Of a DNA stretch of 64,000 nucleotides, positions 36,688 to 48,400 are shown piece after piece (positions within the stretch are counted from its first letter, which is position 1; every line of letters begins with the position of its first letter). The notes below the pieces were generated by a model. That model was not told the origin of the DNA. It made no database searches and saw nothing but the letters and a program-made list of their open reading frames with translations. The position numbers were made by a program, and so were the translations under genes. Origin of the DNA: Macrostomum lignano (taxonomy: Eukaryota); contig NIVC01001709.1 in assembly GCA_002269645.1 (NCBI GenBank), positions 124,001-188,000 on the forward strand, written 5' to 3'.

Positions 36688-36984
36688 ATAATAATAACAG
36701 CAATAGTTGATTACACCTGCCCTAATTGGGTCAGATGTGCAACCGACAGCTCAGCCGCAGCTATTGCGCGGCGCATCTGAAGGCTGCGTACGGCTGTTCA
36801 GTCCAAGGACTTGGGGGGTCGCCACGCACACCCTCAGTTACCCCAGCTAATGCTGGCACCCATTTGACAGCTGGGTGAACTGAAGCAATGCAGAGTTGAG
36901 TGTCTTGCTCAAAGACACTAATTGTTCTGAGTGGGTCGAGAATCGAACCCCCGACTTTCCAGTCTAACCACCAGGCTGCAACCC
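36688..36984 (-). mobile_element. tRNA-derived SINE (V/Meta-SINE-like central domain), ~295 bp
   Basis: Minus strand shows A-box-like AGCCTGGTGG, B box GGGTTCGATTCTC (36950-36938), GTGTCTTTGAGCAAGACACTCAACT and CAGTTCACCCAGCTGTCAAATGGGTGCC (segments typical of widespread metazoan SINEs), and a (TTA)n tail at 36697-36688. Confidence 0.75.
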
Positions 36985-37199
36985 ATGTAGAACCCATGTA
37001 TGTGCAACCCATGTTCATCTTCATCTACAAGTACAGTCTGTACCCTGGGTCCGGCTTTGGCTTATGCTCAACACCCCAGCTCACTAAGGCGCAATTTTTT
37101 AGTAAATGCTTGACGTTTAGCCTGTGTTGAATCGAATCTCCAAGGATTTTAAATATTGACCAGTACAGGGAATGGGAATTGGAATCCCAATAGACAGGT

Positions 37200-37540
37200 A
37201 CATGTAGGGGAACCTAGTGAACAGGTAGGGGAATCTGGTGAACAGGTAGGGGAATCTGGTGAACAGGTAGGCGGATCTGGTGAACAGGTAGGGGAATCTG
37301 GTGAACAGGTAGGGGAATCTAGTGAACAGGTAGGGGTATGTAGTGAACAGGTCGGGGAATCTGGTGAACAGGTAGGGGATCTGGTGAACAGGTAGGGGAA
37401 TCTGGTGAACAGGTAGGAGAATCTGGTGAACAGGTAGGGGAATCTGGTGAACAGGTAGGGGGATCTGGAGAACAGGTAGGGGGATCTGGTGAACAGGTAG
37501 GGGGATCTGGAGAACAGGTAGGGGGATCTGGTGAACAGGT
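37200..37540. repeat. Minisatellite, 21 bp unit (GGTGAACAGGTAGGGGAATCT)
   Basis: Tandem copies visible. Confidence 0.92.
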
Positions 37541-37621
37541 ATTGCAGTCCAATGGAGAGGCAGGACAATCCAATGTACAGCAGAAGAAGGGCATTCCAAG
37601 AATCAGTCCGTGTAAAGTCGC

Positions 37622-37656
37622 GGTTGCAGTAGCCAGAGGCATCGGCTACTGCAACC
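37622..37656. other. Perfect 13-bp stem / 9-nt loop inverted repeat GGTTGCAGTAGCC-N9-GGCTACTGCAACC
   Basis: Exact reverse-complement arms at 37622-37634 and 37644-37656. Confidence 0.85.
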
Positions 37657-37889
37657 AGAAGTCATCGGCAAAATTTTCGTCGCAACAAAAGCTCTGAGAT
37701 GGAATTAGCGAGCGTTGGAAATCTTCAATAGAAAATTTATTTATCTTCTAAAGTTTTCGTAGAAAACGACTCTTTATCGGATTTAGAGATCACGAAAGAG
37801 ACTTGAAAATTAATTTTTGACTACAAAAAATAAGTTCCGAGATGCTGGAATTTCTTCTCACTGAAAAATAGATGCAGCGGACATGTCTG

Positions 37890-38530
37890 GGAAAGGGAGG
37901 GGACAGGTTGGTTACTCAAAGCGGACAGGTTCAACAATCATTTGGACAGGTAGCTGGGACACTCCAGTAGAAATTTAGGACAATCATCACGAGGACAGGT
38001 AAAAGCAATCAAGCGGACAGGTTAAGGGGGAGACAACCGGACAGATAGAACAATCAATTAGACAGGTAAGACAATCAGGTGGAAAGGTAGAACAATCAAG
38101 TGGACAGGTAAGACAATCAAGTGGACAGGTAAGACAATCAAGTGGACAGGTAGGACAATCAGGTGGACAGGTAGGACAATCAAGTGGACAGGTAAGACAA
38201 TCAAGTGGACAGGTAGGACAATCAGGTGGACAGGTAGGACAATCAGGTGGACAGGTAAGACAATCAAGTGGACAGGTAAGACAATCAAGTGGACAGGTAG
38301 GACAATCAGGTGGACAGGTAGGACAATCAGGTGGACAGGTAAGACAATCAGGTGAACAGGTAAAACAATTAAGGTGGACAGATAGAAAAATCATGTGGAC
38401 AGGTAGGACAATCAGGCGGTCAGGTAGGACAATCAGGTGGACAGGTAGGACAATCAGGTTGACAGGTAGGACGCTTCAATGGATAGCATAAGGAAAATCA
38501 CACGGACAGGTAATACAATGGACAGGTAAG
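37890..38530. repeat. Minisatellite, 21 bp unit (GGTGGACAGGTAGGACAATCA), related to the 37200 array
   Basis: Tandem copies visible; consensus 17/21 identical to the neighbouring array. Confidence 0.9.
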
Positions 38531-38601
38531 GGCAAGACGAGCGGACAGGCCAGGAATGGACTGAGGTAGCGAGCAGGCTGTGCACCAGGCGGACCCCTCA
38601 G

Positions 38602-41569
38602 CTAGAGGTCGCTGGTGTCCACGCTGTCCATGTCGAACTGCAGGCCGTGTCGCTCCATGAACTGGTGGAATGTGCGCATCTTGTGCTCTTCGTCCTCCAG
38701 CGACTTCATGCCGCCGACAGACATGCTCTCTAGCGACACTAGCGATCGACGACCATCGACGCCGCCGGAAACGCCGAGGTTTCCGCCCTCGTCGAGGCAA
38801 TCGCTGCTCTCGCTGGATGTCAGGCTGCAGCGAGCGACAGCCCCTGACGGCTGCGGCTGCTGCGTCGGTGGCAGCGGTGGCGAAGGCGGCAAAACCTCGG
38901 CGTGCACGCAGACGGCCGCGCTAGTGGCCGAGGCGATGGCCGCCGACACCACGGCAGCGGCGGCGCGCCCCCCGGCCCGGCAACCCGGCTCCACGTGGTT
39001 GGGCGCCGCCGATTCGTCATCGTTGTCTCCTTCGTCGTCCTCCGCGGTGGCATCGGAGGCTCCTACGAGGTCGCCGGAGCCCGCGAGCTGCCGTCCGCAG
39101 GCGGGACAGCGGCCACCGCCGCCGCGCCAACGAAGGCCGCCGCCGCCGCTGTCGCCTGTCTGGACGAACTTTGAGCTGTACGATCGGCGAACCGACGCAA
39201 CGTCGGGGTCGTCGCCGACGCAATCGCGGTGATCGACTGGGGTAGCGGACCCGTGGCAGCCGCCGCCAGCGCGACGGCACAGCGCCACCTCGGAGTCGTC
39301 GCGATGCGAGCTGGTTGGGTTTTAGTTGGGGAATTAAGACTTCTTTTGTTTGTTTGGGGGAGGGGCTTGGATGCCTACGCAGATACTCGCTCACACGGGG
39401 TGTACAGCAGCATGACAGCACACTCGCTGCACTTTAAGGAGTTGGTTGGCCATGAATGGTGACAAACCCCAGGGTCTCGGGCTTGTAAAACACCCCCTGA
39501 GCTCCCTTCTCCCAGAATCCCATTGTCACAGCCGCTACTCACTCGTGCAGGGCATTGTGCTTGTGCGAGCTCTTGGAACTGTTGTAGTTGTTGGAGTGGC
39601 CGATGTGGCAGCGGACCTCCTTGGTGGTGGAGAACGCGCTTCTGCTGTTCTTCTCCGGCTTCACCAGGATGATGTACAGCTTCGGGGTGAATAGCAGCAC
39701 CAGAGCCACGGTGGCGCTGAGGCTCACGGACAGGCAGGTGGCCGTCACCTTGTTCTCGCTGCCGAAGTAGATTGGCACGAAGCTCAGCCAGATGACGCAC
39801 GTGGTGTACATTGTGAACCCGATGAACTTGGCCTCGTTGAAGTTCTCCGGCAGGTTCCTGGTGCGGATGGCGTAGAGGGTGCACAGCACGATCAGGAAGC
39901 CGTCGAAGCCCAGGGGGGCCATGACGCCGGTCGGGGTGGTGTTGCAGACCAGCCGGACACGGAATTTCTGCCGATAGTCCAGAACGGCGTCCGGCCTCTC
40001 CCAGACGAGCATCCCGACGATGATGCTGAGCTCGACGCTGATGAGGAAGCAGGTGATCACGATCTGGGAGCCGGTGTTGAGGAAGCGCGGCTTCCTGGTC
40101 ATGATCTTCTTCTTGCTGCCAGCCAGAATCCTGGCGATGCGGTTGGTCTTGGTGACCAGGGCACCGTAGATGAAGGAGAGGCTGAGGCCGGGCAGGGCGC
40201 GGGACAGGTAGCAGGAGACTACAGTGGGCCGGTGAACCAGGCCGAAGGTGGTGAGGTACGACAGCAGAATGCCGAACAGGATGAACAGCATGAGCTCTCG
40301 GGTGGACGCCTTCACCACCGGGGTGTTGTAGTACTTGAAGATGATGAACACCACCCACAGGGTGACCAGCGAGCCCAGGCAGCTGAAGGCCACCGCCACA
40401 ATTGCTTCGGTGTCGCGCCAGCGCAGATAGTCAATTGGGATCTGCTCACAGGCTGGAGATGCGGTGGGAGATGGGATAAGTGTGACGGGGAGATGGGATA
40501 GAAATGACTGGGAGATGGGATAGAAATGACTGGGAGATGGGATAGAAATGACTGGGAGATGGGATAGAAATGACTGGGAGATGGGATAGAAATGACTGGG
40601 AGATGGGATAAGTATGACTGGGAGATGGGATAAGTATGACTGGGAGATGGGACATTTACAAACATGGCGGCTCACCTGTCTGGTTCCAGTTGGGCCGGGT
40701 CCCGTTCTCACACTTCGTGCACTGCTCCTCGCCGAACTCCTTCGTCACCACCGACATGTCGTCGCAGGATTTGCACCTCCAGCAGCACTTTTTTCGTTTG
40801 GTGGCCACAACCTGGTGGATGGTTAGGATTAGGGGCTACATTTTCATGTGGCCGATATGTATCGAAATATATTCTAATGCCGATATGTATCGAAATATAT
40901 TCTATTGCCGATATGTATCGAAATATATTCTATTGCCGATATGTATCGAAATATATTCTAGCTCGTAATGCCGATATGTATCGAAATATATTCTAGAGCC
41001 GATATGTATCGAAATATATTCTAATGCCGGGTTGATATATTTTTCGCCGATATGTATCGAACTGCTCTTGCTCGTAAGCACTATAGTGCCATCTAAGAAG
41101 AAGAAGAAGAAGCCCTATCCGTGCCGAACCGCTGCTTGAACTAAAATTAGCTCAATATAATACATTTAGCTCTCTGGACATGTCTGGGAGCAGAGCGGCA
41201 ATTAAGGCTAAGCAGCTCAATCCGTATCGGATGTCAGATTACCTGCGGCTCAGTCTGTACTTACCCACCTGGCAGGGAGGGGGCACAAAGAGAGAATGAA
41301 AGCATACCGGTATTAGACAAAGCCGAGACACGCGGGGAATTAAAGGGTTGATTTTTCCTTGTTAGTTCAAGCTATTGCTCGCTTAACTGACATCGTTTCA
41401 TGGGAAGTTTTCGAAACCAGCGTATGAAAGAGAGGATTGAGATGTCTTGATTTGCAAGTCCTTGAAAAAGACGAAAAAATATCAGCGATCATTAGTTTGA
41501 TTTATTGATTGACTGATTGATTGATTGATCGATTTATTGATTGATTGATTGATTGACTGATTGATTGAC

Positions 41570-41608
<39 letters not shown>

Positions 41609-41821
41609 CTGATTGATTGATTGATTGACTGATTGACTGATTGATTGATTTGATTGATTGATTGATTGATTAATTAATTGATTGAGTAATTGAGTGATTG
41701 AGTAATTGGGTGATTGAGTAATTGGGTTATTGAGTAATTGAATGATTGATTGATTGATTGATTAATTGATTGATTAATTGATTGATTGATTGAGTAATTG
41801 GGTGATTGATTGATTGATTGA

Positions 41822-41870
<49 letters not shown>

Positions 41871-41887
41871 CTGATCGATCGATCGAT

Positions 41888-41962
<75 letters not shown>

Positions 41963-42038
41963 GTAATTGATTGATTGAGTAATTGGGTGATTGATTGAGT
42001 AATTGGGTGATTGATTGATTGATTAGTTGATTGGTTGG

Positions 42039-42117
<79 letters not shown>

Positions 42118-42231
42118 ATTGATTGACTGAGTGATTGATTGATTGATTGATTGACTGAGTGATTGATTGATTGATTGATTGGTTGATTCATTGATTGATT
42201 GACTGATTGATTGATTGATTGATTGACTGAG

Positions 42232-42300
<69 letters not shown>

Positions 42301-42346
42301 AATTGAGTAATTGGGTGATTGATTGATTGATTGATTGATTGGTCGG

Positions 42347-42401
<55 letters not shown>

Positions 42402-45400
42402 GTTGATTGATTGATTGATTGACTGATTGGTTGAGTTTGATCAACAGATTGATTTATTGCTGGTTCAATAAGAGATTGATTTCTCTCATGCCCTAGCTGT
42501 CACCACTATAATAATTAGGGCTTCAAAATCCTAAGTTCCTAAGCCTTCGATTATCGATATGTTGTGAAAATAACTTTATATGCTGCAGAAGCGAAGCAAC
42601 AGACATGTTGAGGGCGAGCCAAACTACACAGGAATCCGTTAGATAAAAATGCATTTGATCTGAGGCGAGAACGGATGGAGGCAAAATAATGTTTATATTA
42701 CCGCCGGGGAACAGAAGGAGGCGGATCCCGCCGAAGCGGGAAGACTTTAATTAGCAGGGGATAAAAAGGTGCACTGCGGCGGGTCAGTCTTGCAGATGCC
42801 GAAATTCTCCCACTCCACGAAATCCCCTAAGAAGCGATAAGAGCCCGAATAGCCGCGGCCGGGGGCAGGGAGAGGAGAAATGGGAAAATGGGAGAAATAT
42901 CCCTCCCATGATGATGGCTGGGGCACTCGTGGCTGCTAATTCACTCACCGGGTATCCCTGTCAGCTCCAATGTGCCAAAAGTCGGGGGCGCCCATTAGGC
43001 GGGATCCCATTTTCTCGGACTCTCCCGGCCGGCTGTCCGACTGGCTGCTCTTTCGCATTTCTCCGGGATCGGGAGCCGCCGGAGAGAACTCCCCCACCCA
43101 ACTCTCAGCCACTTGATCCCAGCGCCAGGGACTGAGGCGGCTTCCGAGAGCCATCTGTAGGTGCTCAGCTGGTCTGAACCGAAATATTCAAATCCCAATA
43201 GGATCTCATGCGCCAAACCCCCTCACACTCAGATCCCAATCTAAATCCATACACTAAGATCCCATTCTAAATCCCCACGCACTCAGATCCCATTCTAAAT
43301 CCCACACACTCAGATCCCATTCTAAATCCTCACACACTCAGATACCATTCTACGAGATTCGTAAATATCGTAAATCTCACACACTAAGATCCAAATCAAA
43401 ATCCTCCACACTCAGATCCCAATCTAAATCCCCTGCACTCAGATCCCCATCTTTCAATTCCTAGCAGTTAAATCCCTGCTCTAAATCCTCAAGACAAGGC
43501 CTTACGCTCAAAATTCCAATATTCAAATTCCATAATCGAAATCCAAAATCCCAGTCAGATCCCGAATCTCAGTCAGATCCCGAATCCCATTCGATCCCGA
43601 ATCCCAGTCAGATCCCGAATCCCAGTCAGATCCCGAATCCCAGTCAGATCCCGAATCCCATTCGATCCCGAATCCCATTCGATCCCGAATCCCATTCGAT
43701 CCCGAATCCCATTCGATCCCGAATCCCAGTCGGATCCCGAAACCCAGTCGGATCCCAAATCCCATTCGATCCCGAATCCCAGTCAGATCCCGAATCCCAG
43801 TCAGATCCCGAATCCCAGTCAGATCCCAAATCTCAGTCAGATCCCGAATCCCAGTCAGATCGCGAATCCCAGTCAGATCCCGAATCCCAGTCAGATCCCG
43901 AATCCCAGTCAGATCCCGAATCCCAGTCGGATCCCGAATCCCAGTCAGATCCCGAATCCCAGTCAGATCCCGAATCCCAGTCAGATCCCGAATCCCAGTC
44001 AGATCCCGAATCCTAGTCAGATCCCGAATCCCAGTCAGATCCCGAATCCCAGTCAGATCCCGAATCCCAGTCAGATCCCGAATCCCAGTCAGATCCCGAA
44101 TCCCAGTCGGATCCCGAATCCCATTCGATCCCGAATCCCAGTCGGATCCCAAATCTCAGTCAGATCCCGAATCCCATTCGATCCCGAATCCCATTCGATC
44201 CCGAATCCCATTCGATCCCGAATCCCAGTCGGATCCCGAATCCCAGTCAGATCCCGAATACCATTCGATCCCGAATCCCAGTCGGTCGAACTCACCCTGA
44301 TCTCTCCGACTTTGCACGGCGCCCGGCAGTAGGACTGGATGCTGGGCCGGCCCTTTGGCCACCTGATGAGGGACTGGTCTATTTGAATTTGGCTGCTGTT
44401 GGCCGTCTGGCCCGCCCAGTTGCCGACCTGCATGTACTCGTAGTAGTAGCCGGAGCTGTTGCCCTTCTTCACCTTCTGGTAGTTGAGGATCTCGTATCTG
44501 TGGGGTGGCGGATTTTATGGCAGACTCGGTTGCCAGAATCTGCGGCTGGGTCGGTGATGAGGTTGCTGGGAAGCAGGGACTCGCGGTGGCGCCAAGTTTA
44601 TTAAGTTAATCAGTTAGTAATGAAAAAAGTTAAGCAGAGTTGGTCGCGGTTAGTGCGCAGCGTAACGTCAAAATTTATTCGAGCTTGTGGATTTCAAGCT
44701 TGTGAAGTTTCGAGTTTGTGAAGGTTCTTCGAGTTTGTTAAGGTTCGAGTTTGTGAACGTTCGAGCTTGTGAGGATTCGAGTTTGTGAAGTTTTGAGTTT
44801 TTGAAGGTTCGAGTTTGCGAAGTTTCGAGTTTGTGAACTTTCGAGTTTGTGAACGTTCGAGTTTGTGAAGGTTCGAGTTTGTGAAGGTTCGAGTTTGTGA
44901 ACTTTCGAGCTTGTGAACTTTCGAGTCTGTGAAGTTTCGAGCTTGATCTTCAACATGCACCGCAGGTCATTAAGCAAAGCCGCGTTCACCTGCCGGGTGG
45001 GTCGCCTTTCTCATCGAAGGCCAGCCTCTCATTGGTGTACGTGAGGAAGTTAGTCCGCATCAGCTTCTCAAGCAGCAGGGTGCCGTTGACCGGCAGGAAA
45101 CCCTGACACGGCCCGGGCGCTCCCGAGCAGATATTCAGGTGAAGGTCGTGCAGCGCGTGCGCCACCGTCCAAGCAGCATTGACCACCAAGCCGAGCTTCG
45201 TGTCCTGCCTGAAGCCCTTGCTGAGGTCCTCGGAGCCTGGGGTGAAGGGTTGGAGCTGGGATATGCAAGTGCTTTCCTGGTAATTCCAATTCTGTAGATG
45301 CTTATCTAATTTTGTAGATGCTTATCTTATTCTGTAGATGCTTATCTAATTCTGTAGATGCCCATCTAATTCTGTAGATGCCCATCTAATTCTGTAGATG

Positions 45401-48400
45401 CCCATCTAATTCTGTAGATGCTTATCTTATTCTGTAGATGCTTATCTTATTCTGTAGATGCTTATCTAACTCTGTAGATGCTTATCTAATTCTGTAGATG
45501 CTTATCTAATTCTGTAGATGCCCATCTAATTCTGTAGATGCCCATCTAATTCTGTAGATGCTTATCTAATTCTGTAGATGCTTATCTATTTCTGTAGATG
45601 CTTATCTAATTTTGTAGATGCTTATCTAATTCTGTAGATGCTTATCTAATTCTGTAGATGCTTATCTAATTCTGTAGATGCTTATCTAATTCTGTAGATG
45701 CCCATCTAATTCTGTAGATGCTTATCTAATTCTGTAGATGCCCATCTAATTCTGTAGATGCTTATCTAATTCTGTAGATGCTTATCTAATTCTGTAGATG
45801 CTTATCTAATTCTGTAGATGCTTATCTATTTCTGTAGATGCTTATCTAATTCTGTAGATGCTTATCTAATTCTGTAGATGCTTATCTAATTCTGTAGATG
45901 CTTATCTAATTCTGTAGATGCTTATCTAATTCTGTAGATGCCCATCTAATTCTGTAGATGCTTATCTAATTCTGTAGATGCTTATCTAATTCTTTAGATG
46001 CTTATCTAATTCTTTAGATGCTTATCTAATTCTGTAGATTCTTATCTGTTTCTGTAGATGCTTATCTAACTCTGTAGATGCTTATCTAATTCTTTAGATG
46101 CTTATCTAATTCTGTAGATGCTTATCTAATTCTGTAGATTCTTATCTGTTTCTGTAGATGCTTATCTAACTCTGTAGATGCTTATCTAATTCTTTAGATG
46201 CTTATCTAATTCTTTAGATGCTTATCTAATTCTGTAGATGCTTATCTAATTCTTTAGATGCTTATCTAATTCTGTAGATGCTTATCTAATTCTGTAGATG
46301 CTTATCTAATTCTTTAGATGCTTATCTAATTCTTTAGATGCTTATCTAATTCTGTAGATTCTTATCTGTTTCTGTAGATGCTTATCTAACTCTGTAGATG
46401 CTTATCTAATTCTTTAGATGCTTATCTAATTCTTTAGATGCTTATCTAATTCTGTAGATGCTTATCTAATTCTGTAGATGCTTATCTAATTCTGTAGATG
46501 CTTATCTAATTCTGTAGATGCTTATCTAATTCTGTAGATGCTTATCTAATTCTGTAGATGCTTATCTAATTCTGTAGATGCTTATCTAATTCTGTAGATG
46601 CTTATCTAATTCTGTAGATGCTTATCTAATTCTGTAGATGCTTATCTAATTCTGTAGATGCCCATCTAATTCTGTAGATGCTTATCTAATTCTGTAGATG
46701 CTTATCTATGTAGATTTGTTTTAGGGTAAGAAAAGGCTTGGCCACTGCGCGGCCTTGAGCGCCAATATATATATTTAGAAATCGATATTTGCGTGGGGTG
46801 GAGTTGCGCCTGATAAAAAGGAAGCGTGCAAGCTAATTGGCTGCAGAGCGACCGGGGCAGGCATTGTACACTTGAGGGTCAGAGAGTTAGGCGGGTGTAC
46901 GGCCAACATCCTTCCCCAAGCGGATAAAAGTTAGGAGATAAGAGCAAATGGGAAGCTAAGTAATATTTCGAAGTGGGAATCAGAGGGGAATGGATGTGAG
47001 TGAATAGTATGAAAATATACGGATTTGAGAACGAATATTCATTAGGGCATAAACACAAATATGAGCATGGATAAGAGTTTTAGGCATTAGTTTCGATCAA
47101 ATGAGCATTACCTTTGAAAATAGACACGAGCATTAGTTTCGAATATAAATACGACATTAGTTTCGAATATAAATACGAGCATTGGTTTCGAATATAAATA
47201 CGACATTAGTTTCGAATATAAATACGAGCATTGGTTTCGAATATAAATACGACATTCGTTTCGAATATAAATACGACATTCGTTTCGAATATAAATACGA
47301 CATGAGTTTCGAATATAAATACGACATTAGTTTCGAATATAAATACGAGCATTGGTTTCGAATATAAATACGAGCATTAGTTTCGAATATTTGGACTTTG
47401 AAGCAAAAGCTAAAAGCTATGCTGCTGAAGATTAAAAAATAAAACGAGACCGGCAGGGACACCCCTTTACCAAAAATGAGGAGCGCTCAGTTTGCTTGTA
47501 AAATTTAAAAGATCAGTCAGTTTTTTTGCAAAGTCAGTCAATTAGCTCAGTGGTTCAAACTCATTGGTCGGCTTTTACACGCACGTGGGTGAGCCCGCAG
47601 CGCGATGGACTCGGGTGACTTCGGCCTGCCTTCGGTCGGTGGCGGCGTGGGCGGCGGTGGCGGGAAGTCGGCCGTCGGCAGGCGCTTGAGGTCCGTGATG
47701 TGGCGCATGCAGGACTCGTGCGCTCTGCGCAGGATGAGGGAGTCGCCTTTAACCTCCTCGACGACCCACGGCTCTGGCTCGAAGGGTGTCTGCATTTTGG
47801 AGGCAGGGCGCCGCCTGCGCAGCACCGAGTCGCCTGTCATGATGTTGTGGCTGGCGGCTCTTCGGCGCTTATCTGCATGGCGCGCCATCCGTTGTTTGGC
47901 GGCGCTGTCGCGAGCCCTGACCGCCGCCAAAGTGCTGGGCACTCGGCTGCGCTGCCGCATGCTGGGAATGCAGTCTTGCACCTGTCGCTGGAACATCAGC
48001 TCCGCAGGGGTGGCTCCAGTGCTGCTGTGCGGCGTGTTGCGGTAGGCCTCCAGCCAGTCTTCGAGTGCGGCCCGCCAGTCGGATTTCTCGATGCTTGCGA
48101 TGCGGATGATCTTGTTAATCGAGCGGTTGATGCGTTCGGTGACTCCATTTGCTGCCGGGTGGTACGGAGTGATGGAGCGGTGCTGCACGCCGTTGCTGCG
48201 GAGGAAGTCGTGGAAGGCTTGCGAGCTGAACGGGGGCCCGTTGTCTGAGACGAGCTGCGCTGGTCTGCCGAACGTGGAGAATAGCTTCCGGAGCTGCTTG
48301 GTGACCGCCTCGGCTGTCATGGACGACATGCTGATGACTATCGGATAGCGGGAGAAATGGTCAACTATGACGAGCAGATGCTTGTTTTGCACTGGCCCGG

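Noticed and set aside
37879-41185. p53 half-sites GGACATGTCT at 37879 and 41176 (shared 14-mer)
   Set aside because: These are isolated half-sites; many are expected by chance in 64 kb.
44690-44945. Heat-shock-element-like GAAnnTTC in each 16-bp unit
   Set aside because: There are only two alternating pentamers per unit, not the three of a functional HSE, and the array is intronic.
45237-45276. Alternative mGluR acceptor at 45277 adding a short peptide
   Set aside because: It lies 40 nt upstream of the main acceptor and is therefore out of frame.
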